NCBI GenBank assembly: GCA_947491825.1
Contig: CANLLM010000003.1
Span: 2,067 to 66,066, forward strand
Source: Bacteroidota bacterium
GTDB lineage: Bacteria; Bacteroidota; Bacteroidia; UKL13-3
Length of the DNA stretch: 64,000 nucleotides
Reading direction: 5' to 3'
Shown here: piece after piece, positions 8,901 to 18,136 of the stretch
Position numbering within the stretch: position 1 is the first letter of the stretch
Layout of the letters: each line of letters begins with the position of its first letter
The notes under the pieces: generated by a model
Seen by the model: the letters and a program-made list of their open reading frames with translations, nothing else
Told to the model about the DNA's origin: nothing
Database searches by the model: none
Translations under genes and position numbers: made by a program

Positions 8901-10997
8901 TATATAATTTTTAGCATTTATTCCGCCACTAGTTTGTGGATCTACCTCTGTAGCATTACCTACATTACAACCACTGAAATAATAAAGCGGATACTTATTG
9001 GTATTGTTCAAATCATCTACATTACCCATATCAACATCGAGGATGGTTAATGATGCATGACCCAAAAATGAAACCAAGTTAACACCCGCATTTTGTTCTG
9101 CAACGATTCTTTCTTTCAAATCATCTTGTGTAGGAGAGTTGGTTGATTTACCGTAAACAGAAACTTTTGCACCTATATTTTCGCCTTTTATTATCCCTTC
9201 GTTATAACTCAATATCGACCTAAAATAAGATTGTTCGCTTTCTTTTGAACCGCCACTGACGTGTAACACATTTTTACGCCAAGGCTGTATGCTATCCATA
9301 TTATTTTCATAGGCAATTACTTTATTTAGGTAATTCTGTAATTCAAGGTTATTTGATGCAGGCACTCGCCCTGTTGGCACTTCGGCATAAAATCCATTTC
9401 CTTTAATATTAAAACTAAACAGTGCATCTGCACCAGGAACTCCTATTGCAGGAACTAAATTTTTATTGTAATATGTTACTGGATTCTGCGATGAAATACT
9501 ATAGAAACGAGCCTTATCATTTTGATATCCCCTACCAGCCATTAACAAATAACTTGGAGTTACACTTTGCTCATTTATCAAGTGCTTCATCAATCTGCGG
9601 ATAGCAAGCGGGTGTTGATTACCGAAAAAATAGTAATCATAAAGTTGTTCGCTATATACTTTAAGTGTAGTAAACTTTTGCGACCTATAATCTTTGTAAT
9701 TATTTGCAGCAGGTTCTAAAACTGGATGACTAACAATAATGTACCCGTAGTTTAATGACGGATTTATTGAAGGGAATTGAACCGATTTTATATTGTTAAT
9801 ATTAATTGTCTGGCTGCTATCAAATAACCATACCAGGTGAGCGCGGCCGTCATTATTGACCACAAACTCTGATGTTCCACTAGTCAATATTGTACGAATA
9901 CGCTTATTCGATGTTAAGTCATAAGCATAAGCGTTTCCAGCATTAATGGCTACGTTGGTTATTTGCAAGTATGATTTTGTGCCACCACGCTGGTGGGTAA
10001 CCTCAAATAATTTTTGATTTCCATTTGCCAAATTATAAGCTCGTGGATAAGAAAGGAACGCATAAGACAAACAATTAAAATCTGATGGCACAGATAAATC
10101 ATTAATTGCGCTTACCCTAAGGTAAGTATTGTTACCAATGTTAGTGGCAGAAATAGATGGATTAAATATTAAATCATCATAACCTGTATATGTTTGATCA
10201 ACTATGGTTGTAAAGGAACTGTTATCATTGCTTAATCCTATTTGTATATGATGGTTGTATCGGCCTGTATATTGGGCATTAGACCCTCCAATAACTTTTA
10301 ACTCAATTGTGGGTGCAGGACCACCTGGGTATAAAGCAGGGGTATTCATTAAAAATGTACGCGGGTTAAACCATCCAATTCGCTCACTCGCCCAACCTTC
10401 GCCATCTTGGTATTCAGAACTAACATACTTTTCACTGGCATTCATCAAATCTGGACCATCTAAATACTCTTCGGCAGGCGCTATAACAACGGTATCATTA
10501 AAATACAATTCGGGCTGCAATCCGGTGAAATCAAAATCATTTTCTTGCACAAAGCGCAGCGGTACATGTAAAGTAGTATCAGGCAATATGGTTAAAAAAT
10601 ATGCAGAGGTATCGGTAAATAAACCATTAAAAACGTTGGGTTGCCAACTCACATTATCATATAACTCTTGATCAATTTTACCTGTATTTTTAAAGCCAAC
10701 AAATTCTATAAAATCATTGTTATTAAACACATTATCTGCTTCGCCTGCAACGTAAATAGGTACTTCCTTGCCCTGGTAAAAAAGTTGCATGCGTTTTGGG
10801 TTGATGCCTGAAATATTAACACCCGCATTTTGCAATGCAGTGTACCCAATACGATAAGTAGCTGTTTTACCTACTAAGATTTTATAATATGGTTGGTATG
10901 TTTTAATCCACTCGAAACCATATTGTTGTGCCATTGAAACATGAGCTAAAAACAAAACAGGCATAAGGAGTATAAAACGTAATATTTTAAAAGGCAT
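6000..10997 (-). CDS. Giant secreted C25-family (gingipain/PorU-like) cysteine peptidase-domain protein with a T9SS-type C-terminal domain
   Basis: 1665 aa with signal peptide MPFKILRFILLMPVLFLAHVSMAQ. Clan-CD dyad context VSFLGH647AS (codon 9057-9059) and YYFSGC677NVG (codon 8967-8969), 30 residues apart as in gingipains. The last ~100 aa, FFPYPNPATTNVKFVF...ANGVYLYQV, resemble T9SS/FlgD-Ig-like sorting domains. Confidence 0.75.
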   Translation of the reverse strand: MPFKILRFILLMPVLFLAHVSMAQQYGFEWIKTYQPYYKILVGKTATYRIGYTALQNAGVNISGINPKRMQLFYQGKEVPIYVAGEADNVFNNNDFIEFVGFKNTGKIDQELYDNVSWQPNVFNGLFTDTSAYFLTILPDTTLHVPLRFVQENDFDFTGLQPELYFNDTVVIAPAEEYLDGPDLMNASEKYVSSEYQDGEGWASERIGWFNPRTFLMNTPALYPGGPAPTIELKVIGGSNAQYTGRYNHHIQIGLSNDNSSFTTIVDQTYTGYDDLIFNPSISATNIGNNTYLRVSAINDLSVPSDFNCLSYAFLSYPRAYNLANGNQKLFEVTHQRGGTKSYLQITNVAINAGNAYAYDLTSNKRIRTILTSGTSEFVVNNDGRAHLVWLFDSSQTININNIKSVQFPSINPSLNYGYIIVSHPVLEPAANNYKDYRSQKFTTLKVYSEQLYDYYFFGNQHPLAIRRLMKHLINEQSVTPSYLLMAGRGYQNDKARFYSISSQNPVTYYNKNLVPAIGVPGADALFSFNIKGNGFYAEVPTGRVPASNNLELQNYLNKVIAYENNMDSIQPWRKNVLHVSGGSKESEQSYFRSILSYNEGIIKGENIGAKVSVYGKSTNSPTQDDLKERIVAEQNAGVNLVSFLGHASLTILDVDMGNVDDLNNTNKYPLYYFSGCNVGNATEVDPQTSGGINAKNYICSANKGAIGWLAHSNFTFDGFLPPLVNNFYAQYTQVNYGASVGKIMYEVTKMLSNNNVTTKSHNLQWVLQGDPSVVIYSPSAPDYTIGSSDVFVKNSSLSIQDEFIDLGFVVNNYAKTSVDSFSVSISRRLPNNQLITYQSIRCGRVLNKDTFHLRVETLGELALGNNIFEFRVDANNEVQELFENNNTSTNTIFIPGNGCLILYPQVDGVVGTDTVWLTVQNNNVANTQNEFIIEVDLEPSFTTPQKIKSGAVRGGSFLQWPFKHGAADTTTFYWRARLNLTEQQGGRWVNGVFTFIPGHEDAWMQRTFARVIDLTQSNLIQIDSLNKKIDFSDNSAVIDVRANRIAHGARGLFYEGENQNPGSLSCISNGFFAIAIDRRTLRMFINPRFPMNCANVINNNSNANLRKLFYYGFPNSPQGQVDFQRFVDSLDAGTYVAIWSVYNNGNATWSPQMRNAFAKLGSIKVANANNPNAAFSMVGIAGAPIGSIAEDTLSLLTTDTNAVANTVLYGKWFTGSGTSRIIGPAISWKNIGFKFNGTENDGNDYNKVSIIGVSNNGVDTLIVDDAVAEQDLSFIDASIYPYLKLKFNLFDTTYRTPDQVYYWTIRYTPTPEGTISVADGFNFYAANLDQGDSLKLTLAFKNVSKIGFDSIPVFMRILDQNRVLKYSKYKNLGQLLPGGIVRFSDAVSTYNLSGQHALEVYFNEGLQNELTKVNNYLFKSFIVKGDNINPQMDVTFDGFRIINGDFVSPSPTIRITSKDDSKFKLQTDTSSFVVYMRKPSDIDFERINISSPELRFIPASDQNNKATLEYKPTLNEEGIYTLKVLNKDASGNIAGSDFYEVDFNMQKKSTITNFFPYPNPATTNVKFVFTLTGASPPDQLLIRIMTVSGKIVKEISKDEFGPIKIGQNRSDYSWDGTDNFGDRLANGVYLYQVLTRINGSTVEHRHTIADNYFVENVGKIYLMK

Positions 10998-11081
10998 ATG
11001 TGCTAAACGACTTTTTTCTTACAATTAGTATAATGCGGCTAATTTACACATTATAGACTAAACATGGCAGTAAAAAATCGA

Positions 11082-11831
11082 TTACAAAAAGTATTGCTTT
11101 ATTTTAGAAAGTGGCTTTAGTAAAAGTGTGTACCATTTGGGATTAACCCCATTCATCACCCAAGCATTACGGTCTTGTATATTGGCTTTAACCCTATTTT
11201 TAAAGCTCCTATTACTTTGACCACCAAGGCGCATCTTTATGATAACCTCTTGCAAATACGTAACTTTTATATTATTAAAGTAACAGAATCGCAACATCAA
11301 TTCGTAATCGGCAGCCATGTGCAGTTGTTTATTAAAACCGCCAAATTTCTGATATACTTCTTTAAGTACAAAAAATGTGGGATGAGGCGGCATCCATCCT
11401 TTTACAAATCGTTTTTTATCAAAAATACCTGATCGCCATTTACGAACAATTTTATTTTTATCTGATCTGCTGACATAATCCAAATCGGCATACAATGCAT
11501 CACATTGCTCTGTATTAAAACGCTCAACTACTTTTTCAATAACTTGGCTATGGGCGTAAAAATCGTCTGCATTTAAAAACCCAATCATATCCCCAGTTGC
11601 AAGAGCAAGTCCTTTGTTCATGGCATCATAAATACCTTCATCGGGCTCGCTAATAACTATTGAAATTTTATCGCCAAAAGAATTTATTATTTCTAAGCTA
11701 CCATCATTAGATCCTCCATCAATAATAATGTATTGAATGTTGGCATTTTTTTGGCACACCACACTTTCTATGGCATCTTTAATAAAGGCCATATTATCTA
11801 ACACAACTGTTATGATGGTTATTTGAATCAC
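11082..11831 (-). CDS. Family 2 glycosyltransferase (WcaE-like size)
   Basis: 249 aa with ITIITVVLDN...YIIIDGGSNDGS and FLNADDFY (DxD). Confidence 0.85.
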   Translation of the reverse strand: MIQITIITVVLDNMAFIKDAIESVVCQKNANIQYIIIDGGSNDGSLEIINSFGDKISIVISEPDEGIYDAMNKGLALATGDMIGFLNADDFYAHSQVIEKVVERFNTEQCDALYADLDYVSRSDKNKIVRKWRSGIFDKKRFVKGWMPPHPTFFVLKEVYQKFGGFNKQLHMAADYELMLRFCYFNNIKVTYLQEVIIKMRLGGQSNRSFKNRVKANIQDRNAWVMNGVNPKWYTLLLKPLSKIKQYFL

Positions 11832-11832
11832 A

Positions 11833-12636
11833 CTAAATATCTTTATTTTTTTGCTTACGGTATTGGTCGAAAAACCACCCCCATTTATTAAAATAAGCTA
11901 TAGCAGATTGTATGTGATACTTCAATAGTTTAAAACTCTTATAAGAATCTTTGGCATAACCATGAATTACATTAACCTTAGGATAATATAATGTGCGGGT
12001 AACGCTACCAATCCTTCTGCATAAATCAGTGTCTTCCAAATACATAAAATACCGCTCATCAAACCCGCCTATTTTAGCCAATACACTTGTTCGCATAAAC
12101 ATAAAACACCCTGAAAGATTAGGAACATCCATTTGTTGGTTGTAGTCTTTATGTTTTAACTCGTATGAATCTAATGCTTCTTGGAATATATTTTTTAATG
12201 GACCCGGAATAAAACGTCTACCTATTAAATCAAAAGGTGTCGGCAATTTCTTACAAAGGTATTGCAATGAATCGTCTCTATATCTAATCTGAGGCATAAC
12301 AAGACCTACATCAGCATTGTTGTCCATAAACATAACAAGTTCTTTAATCACTTCCTGATTTACCAGTATATCAGGATTAATAACCAAATGGTATGGCACA
12401 TTATTGATGATACTTTTATGTATGCCTATGTTATGCGCTTTTCCGTATCCCAAGTTACTTCCCGCAAAATGATAATTCAATTTAGTAAAATCCAATAATG
12501 AATTTAAATTTTGCTTTTCAGAATTATCGATCAGCAAGATCTCTGCAACATCCATTGAATTTGATAGTTGTTGAATTATTTGCTCTAATTCGGCTGGAGT
12601 ATGATTGTAGGTTACAAGAGATACTAATACTTTCAT
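11833..12636 (-). CDS. Family 2 glycosyltransferase (rhamnosyltransferase-like)
   Basis: 267 aa with VSLVTYNH...LLIDNS, NPDILV and YLEDTDLCRR motifs typical of the GT2 'glyco_tranf_2_3' type. Confidence 0.8.
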   Translation of the reverse strand: MKVLVSLVTYNHTPAELEQIIQQLSNSMDVAEILLIDNSEKQNLNSLLDFTKLNYHFAGSNLGYGKAHNIGIHKSIINNVPYHLVINPDILVNQEVIKELVMFMDNNADVGLVMPQIRYRDDSLQYLCKKLPTPFDLIGRRFIPGPLKNIFQEALDSYELKHKDYNQQMDVPNLSGCFMFMRTSVLAKIGGFDERYFMYLEDTDLCRRIGSVTRTLYYPKVNVIHGYAKDSYKSFKLLKYHIQSAIAYFNKWGWFFDQYRKQKNKDI

Positions 12637-12641
12637 TTTGT

Positions 12642-13709
12642 TTAATTAAGTAAATTAGTGTAACAATTTAGATACTGCATTGCCATATTAGTTGCTGTCT
12701 GACAATCGTATTTAAACTTATTTGGAACAATATCTGTTAACAATTGAGCTAATTTATTTTCACCTTTTACAGGGAAAAAGTGAACTCCATTTGCTTCCGA
12801 ATGATGAAATACATCATGGTGTTGTGGTATATCGGAAACTACACATGTTAGTCCTGACAATGCTGCTTCAAGCACCGTATTGGGAAGTCCCTCAGAATGC
12901 GAAGCCGACACGAAAACATCAGCGCATTTAAGGTACTCGTCTACATTTAATACGTTTCCTTTAAATATCACATTATCATTCCCATTGTTGTTCATATTAA
13001 GCGGACCACTGCCTAAAAACAACAATATGGAATTAGGTAACTTAGCCAATAAGTATGCAATAAAAATTGTATTCGGATCTTTTCTAGGTATTAAGCTACC
13101 TACAGATATGTAGATTTTTTTATCTAATGGAAGTTTGTTTTTAACTCTGAGTCCTTTCTTTTCCGTTTCTGAAACAGGGTAAAATACCGTTTCATCAGCA
13201 CCGTTTTGTACCACCAAATCAGGAGCCAAATAATGGTAGTGATTAAATAGTGTTTGAGAACAAACTACTTTACAATCTGCAGTTTTAAATCCTGCTAATT
13301 CTTTTGATGCAATATAACTGCCCAATGCTTTACCATATGTGTCAGAGTAGTTATCTTTTAAGTTAGCCTCTAAAGTAACTACCCTTTTAATTTGCCTTAA
13401 ATACTTTGATGCAAGGGCGGTTCCTCTGTAGCTAAATGTATGGACAACATCTTGTGGACTATTAAGCAAGAAGTTCTTAAATGACTGCTGATAACCAACA
13501 ACTATCCCAGATAGTCGAGATTTATTAAAGCAAACTACTTTAACACCAATTGATTCGAAATCAGTTATCCTTGAATCTGATGGTTCTTTAGATAGAGTTA
13601 TAATTGTGATATTAACCTTACTTTTATCTAAAAATTTGCAAAGGTTATAAATTACGTTTGTAACACCCGAGCGCTGAAGTGTAGAATTTATTATTAATAA
13701 ATTAATCAT
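12642..13709 (-). CDS. GT4-type glycosyltransferase
   Basis: 355 aa. C-terminal VSASHSEGLPNTVLEAALSGLTCVVSD (E-x7-E). Confidence 0.8.
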   Translation of the reverse strand: MINLLIINSTLQRSGVTNVIYNLCKFLDKSKVNITIITLSKEPSDSRITDFESIGVKVVCFNKSRLSGIVVGYQQSFKNFLLNSPQDVVHTFSYRGTALASKYLRQIKRVVTLEANLKDNYSDTYGKALGSYIASKELAGFKTADCKVVCSQTLFNHYHYLAPDLVVQNGADETVFYPVSETEKKGLRVKNKLPLDKKIYISVGSLIPRKDPNTIFIAYLLAKLPNSILLFLGSGPLNMNNNGNDNVIFKGNVLNVDEYLKCADVFVSASHSEGLPNTVLEAALSGLTCVVSDIPQHHDVFHHSEANGVHFFPVKGENKLAQLLTDIVPNKFKYDCQTATNMAMQYLNCYTNLLN

Positions 13710-13716
13710 TAGAATT

Positions 13717-14781
13717 TCACCTGAGGTTGTTTAATTGTCCTATAACTCGATTAAAAATACTCCTATATGCTCTTAACTCGGTAAATATAGCAATCTCTCT
13801 AAATAAGGCATATAATACAGATGCTTTTGCAATTATTGAGACATGTAAAAAGGTAATTACTATCATTTTTAATGTCCGCAATGCTACCCAGGTTTGTATT
13901 TCCTTTTTATCTTGATTGGAAATCTCATTGCTGTACTTAGCTACATATTCTTTTTTAATGCCTTTTAAAGCGGATATGCCTTTAACTAAATTTGCGTAGC
14001 TCCAATCAGAAAAGTTCCTTAGTTCTATCTGTCTATGGGTTGTATTATCTAGCTCAATATTTAAAATATCTTTTAATATTAAAGCTGAGTATGCAATTAC
14101 ATGCTCGTTCTGCAACTCTTTATTTTTGTTTGAAACACTTGTAAAGTTTCTTGTGTAATGATACCTGTTTTGTTTTTCGGTTAGTACCACTAACTTTTTT
14201 CCGCTGCAGAGTAGATTCATGAAAAGTACATAATCCTCAATGTGATGAGCAATTTCACTTTCATTGTATCCAATTTGTTTAATGATGTTGGCCTTAATTA
14301 ACAAACCAGCATGCAATAGCGGTGTTTCAAATAAACCAATAAATGTTGCTGAAAAATTTCCGGTACCCATAAAAGTCTCAACAAAACTGTGGTACCTGCC
14401 TTTGTAATCATAATAATCAGAAAAAGTGGTAACTAAATCAACTGAAGGGTCTTGCTCTACCACGTTTATTTGATTGTTAATTCTATCTGGAGTCAAATAA
14501 TCATCAGCATCAAATCTTGCAACATAATCTCCTGTTGATAAGCTTAATGCGTTGTTAAGTGTCTTAATTAATCCTAGGTTATGGTCATTTTTTACTAAAA
14601 GAATACGGGAATCTATGAACGAAAGTTCTTCTAATACCTCAAACGTATTGTCGGTAGAACCATCATCAATGAGTATAATTTCTAAACACTGATAAGTTTG
14701 ATTTAATAAAGTTGGTATTGTTTTACGAACGAAGGCGCCCACGTTATAACAAGGCACAATTACACTAACTGTCTTAAGCAT
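13717..14781 (-). CDS. Family 2 glycosyltransferase with extended C-terminal region
   Basis: 354 aa with VSVIVPCYNV...EIILIDDGSTDNT and ARFDADDY. Confidence 0.85.
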   Translation of the reverse strand: MLKTVSVIVPCYNVGAFVRKTIPTLLNQTYQCLEIILIDDGSTDNTFEVLEELSFIDSRILLVKNDHNLGLIKTLNNALSLSTGDYVARFDADDYLTPDRINNQINVVEQDPSVDLVTTFSDYYDYKGRYHSFVETFMGTGNFSATFIGLFETPLLHAGLLIKANIIKQIGYNESEIAHHIEDYVLFMNLLCSGKKLVVLTEKQNRYHYTRNFTSVSNKNKELQNEHVIAYSALILKDILNIELDNTTHRQIELRNFSDWSYANLVKGISALKGIKKEYVAKYSNEISNQDKKEIQTWVALRTLKMIVITFLHVSIIAKASVLYALFREIAIFTELRAYRSIFNRVIGQLNNLR

Positions 14782-16102
14782 TAACTACCTCCTTATTTTC
14801 ATTGGTGGTTAGCACAAAAAAAGATGCGCAATAAATAAAAATCAAATGCGGGAAATAATCTGACAATCCTTTTCCATTGGCAACTAAAAGAAAAAAGGTA
14901 ACAGCAAAAGAAAGTGGCAAATAAATACTGCTGATGTTTGGCATATTTTTTACCGTATTAAGTAGCAGGTTTAATTGCACCCAAAACCAAAGTATAGCAA
15001 AGGGGATTCCGCCAAAATAAATCAACCTTAAATAACCAACATCTGTACCCATATAATATTGACCAGGGCTCTCAGGGTCATTCATCAACCCATTACCCAA
15101 TAGATAAGTTCTAAATTCATTAGGCCATAAATACATTGTTTTCAAATCCTCGCTTGAATCCGTAGTAAGTCCATTACCAGACTGTAGGTTAATAAGTGCT
15201 TCAAATGCAAACATAAGTGCACCATAGTTAGGATTTGACAGGTTGAGTAGCACAAAAACAGCCATCCCAACCAAGATTAACAGCATAACCTTTGAAAATT
15301 GTTTTGCTGATTCACTTTTGTGAAATGGATAAAATAAAAAAGCCAAACTAATTCCAAGGCCTATAAAAGTAGTTCGCGCCATTAAAATACCTACCGAGGT
15401 ATTTACTATAAACGCAATCATATACCACCAAAAGGTATATTTACTTAATGGTCCACCACCTCTAATAAGGGCAACAATTGTAAGTAGGCAAAAGGTAACC
15501 TCAAGGCCTGCACCAAAAAATGAAGTTCCAAAACCAAGAATCCTATATGAGGTTACATTCTTTGAGAGCAAACTCAGCATTGTTGGATTATCTGATGCCT
15601 TGACAATGCTGTCAAAAAAAAGTTTAATTGTTGGAGAGGCAAACATCATGACTGAAACCAAACATTGAATGGTTGTAACCGTAACAATTAAATTAAGTGG
15701 AGTAATGGGTGAAATTTCAATTCTAGACCATTTTAAAAGTTTAAATATGAGATAAGAAGCCCCAAACAGCATGACAATTTTAACAAACAAGCCGTTAACA
15801 AATGCACCATCAAATACACCATTAATTAAGCCGAAAACAAATGATGATATAATAATTGCCAGAAAACTTAAACTTGTTTTAACCAATCCAATATTGATCA
15901 TTTTATCGGAATTGTATTTCAGAAATTTCGAAGTTTCCTCCGTTATAAACAAGGCTATACCCATACACCCCAATACAACCCTAAGCGATACAGGCAAAAA
16001 CACTAATTCGGGCGTGTAAAAATAAAAAAACGTTGCTATGATGATGAGTAAGCGAATCATTAATGAGCGAATGTAATAAATGAATACAATATACTCAAAC
16101 AA
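14774..16102 (-). CDS. Wzy-like O-antigen/EPS polymerase (polytopic membrane protein)
   Basis: 442 aa with at least 10 hydrophobic segments, embedded among glycosyltransferases. The longest ORF starts with TTG at 16102; the first ATG, at 16060, gives MIRLLIIIATFF. The assignment rests on topology and context only. Confidence 0.55.
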   Translation of the reverse strand: MFEYIVFIYYIRSLMIRLLIIIATFFYFYTPELVFLPVSLRVVLGCMGIALFITEETSKFLKYNSDKMINIGLVKTSLSFLAIIISSFVFGLINGVFDGAFVNGLFVKIVMLFGASYLIFKLLKWSRIEISPITPLNLIVTVTTIQCLVSVMMFASPTIKLFFDSIVKASDNPTMLSLLSKNVTSYRILGFGTSFFGAGLEVTFCLLTIVALIRGGGPLSKYTFWWYMIAFIVNTSVGILMARTTFIGLGISLAFLFYPFHKSESAKQFSKVMLLILVGMAVFVLLNLSNPNYGALMFAFEALINLQSGNGLTTDSSEDLKTMYLWPNEFRTYLLGNGLMNDPESPGQYYMGTDVGYLRLIYFGGIPFAILWFWVQLNLLLNTVKNMPNISSIYLPLSFAVTFFLLVANGKGLSDYFPHLIFIYCASFFVLTTNENKEVVNA

Positions 16103-16152
16103 TCATTAGTTGAAATAACCGCTGAATCTTGAATTAATATAAATAAAGAACC

Positions 16153-16160
16153 TATGTTTG
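16153..16160 (+). promoter_or_regulatory. Candidate Bacteroidota -7 promoter box (TATGTTTG = TAnnTTTG)
   Basis: Exact match to the TAnnTTTG consensus, 22 nt upstream of ATG 16183 of the only plus-strand gene in the glycan locus. Confidence 0.4.
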
Positions 16161-16182
16161 TTGATGATTGTATAATTTTAAA

Positions 16183-17280
16183 ATGAAAATACTGTTTATT
16201 CTTAGAACCCCAATTATCGGTGGAGTAGAGCAAGTAGTTTTTAAGCTTGCAGAGGAAATGACCTTAAAAGGCCACAATGCTGAAATTCTTTTTCTTTATC
16301 AACCTCACGTTAGTTCTGAGGTATTTAAAACAAACATTAAACACCATCAAAACACTGGAAGCCTTCTTTTTAACTTTTTCAATAATATTAAGCTAATTAA
16401 AAAATTTGACTTGGTTCACAATCACACATTTGGGTTATCAGCCATTTATGTTTGGATAGTTTCCTTAATATCATCATCACCCCTACTCACCACATTACAC
16501 TCCTCTTTTAATTTAACTCCAATACCATTATATCATAACTTTAAGGCGGGCAATCGGCTATTTTTACTATACAAATATTTAGATAGAGGGTTCAATTTTC
16601 TGGGTAAAAAAGTTGTGGTTGTTGCCCCTTATATTAAAACAATTATGGCGAATTCAATCAATATTCGTGAGCAAAAATTGGAAGTTATTTGTAATGCTGT
16701 TTCAAAACCTAAAAGCACGCCTCCCGAAATAACCAATAGAAATAAAAACATCATCTTCCTTGGGCGCTTGTCTGAAGAAAAAAATGTAGATCTAATTATT
16801 AAAGCTTGGGCAGAGGCCAAATCGAAATTAAATGATAACACTTGGAGGCTTTTAATATGCGGTGATGGCAATCAACGAACATATCTTGAACAATTGGCTG
16901 GCGAATTAAATGTTTCTGAACAAACTTTTTTCATGGGCTACACACACAATATTTATGATGTTTTGATTCATTCTCAAATTGCGATTTCCGCATCAGAATA
17001 TGAGGGACTTCCACTTTCTGTATTAGAGTATTTGAATGCTAATGTATGTTGTATCGCGTCAGATATTGAAGCGCACCAATTTCTAGAAATTAATAAGTGG
17101 GGAGTATTGGTTGAGCCAAAAGATGTATTGGGTTACCGAGATGCTATTGTTAAGTTGGTTAATGATGAAGAATTGAGACAACAACTAAGTCATGAATCAC
17201 AAAAACTGATGGGTAATTTTAGCGTGGATACTTTTGTAACCAAACACGAATTGCTTTACCATTCCCTGCTTAAAGTTTAA
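16183..17280 (+). CDS. GT4-type glycosyltransferase (opposite orientation to the rest of the locus)
   Basis: The track ORF starts at TTG 16168. ATG 16183 (MKILFILRTPIIGGVEQV) fits a GT4 N-terminus and the upstream -7 box. C-terminal SASEYEGLPLSVLEYLNANVCCIASD (E-x7-E). Confidence 0.85.
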   Translation: MKILFILRTPIIGGVEQVVFKLAEEMTLKGHNAEILFLYQPHVSSEVFKTNIKHHQNTGSLLFNFFNNIKLIKKFDLVHNHTFGLSAIYVWIVSLISSSPLLTTLHSSFNLTPIPLYHNFKAGNRLFLLYKYLDRGFNFLGKKVVVVAPYIKTIMANSINIREQKLEVICNAVSKPKSTPPEITNRNKNIIFLGRLSEEKNVDLIIKAWAEAKSKLNDNTWRLLICGDGNQRTYLEQLAGELNVSEQTFFMGYTHNIYDVLIHSQIAISASEYEGLPLSVLEYLNANVCCIASDIEAHQFLEINKWGVLVEPKDVLGYRDAIVKLVNDEELRQQLSHESQKLMGNFSVDTFVTKHELLYHSLLKV

Positions 17281-18127
17281 ATGCATATTTAGAAATTGTA
17301 CTAAGCGCTTTATCCGGTCTGCCTTTTTTAACTTGAATACCAACAAGCACACGTAAGTATTCATAGATGGTTTTTCTAAATACTTTACGGTTTGATGTAG
17401 GAATGTTCTTTTCTATTGTTTTCAAACTATCTAAATAGGTAGTGAATTTAGTTTCGAGGTCTGCTCCTGAATTAACTCCACCTCCATGTTTTCTGTATGT
17501 GGCAGTAACCACATCTATAAAAGCCAATTCTCCCTGTTGAGCGAATAAGATATGTAGTGGCCAATCTCCCATTTTTAGGCCATTAAACCAATCAGGAATT
17601 GAGTTAACCAAATTTTTCCTGTAAAAAACGGTTAGTGTGGCAATAAAGTTATTTCTCAGAATATCGCTTAATGTAGAAATAGCCTCTGGCTGTTTACCTG
17701 TCTCATAGAAAGGATAAATTGCCCCTGAATTAAACTCATCTAAAACATTGAGGTTGGTAAAACAAGCTGCTATATCTTGGTTAGACTCCATATAATCAAA
17801 TTGCATTTGAAGTTTATCAAGATTAATCCAAAAATCATCCCCTTCAAGGATGGCAATGTATTTACCACGGCAAGAGGCATAAGTCATTTGGAAATTTTGT
17901 ATCATACCCATTTGTGTAGGATTCTCCAACAATCTTATAATTTGAGGATATTTAATCGCAAGATTCTTGCATTTTTCACGTGTGTCGTCACTCGAACAAT
18001 CCTCACCAATAACCAATTCCAATTCAAAATTTACATGCTGGTTTATAACACTTAAAATAGCTTGCTCAATATAGCTACCATGATTGTAAGTTATCATGCA
18101 CACACTTACTAAAGGTATATCTGACAT
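17270..18127 (-). CDS. Family 2 glycosyltransferase
   Basis: 285 aa with VSVCMITYNHGSYIEQAILSV...LVIGEDCSSDDT and ILEGDDFW. Confidence 0.85.
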   Translation of the reverse strand: MSDIPLVSVCMITYNHGSYIEQAILSVINQHVNFELELVIGEDCSSDDTREKCKNLAIKYPQIIRLLENPTQMGMIQNFQMTYASCRGKYIAILEGDDFWINLDKLQMQFDYMESNQDIAACFTNLNVLDEFNSGAIYPFYETGKQPEAISTLSDILRNNFIATLTVFYRKNLVNSIPDWFNGLKMGDWPLHILFAQQGELAFIDVVTATYRKHGGGVNSGADLETKFTTYLDSLKTIEKNIPTSNRKVFRKTIYEYLRVLVGIQVKKGRPDKALSTISKYAFKL

Positions 18128-18136
18128 GCTATCTTT

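Noticed and set aside
5983-11081. C25 giant gene as a mobile insertion
   Set aside because: I saw no flanking direct or inverted repeats, integrase, transposase or tRNA target. The gene has the same strand and similar AT-richness as its neighbours.
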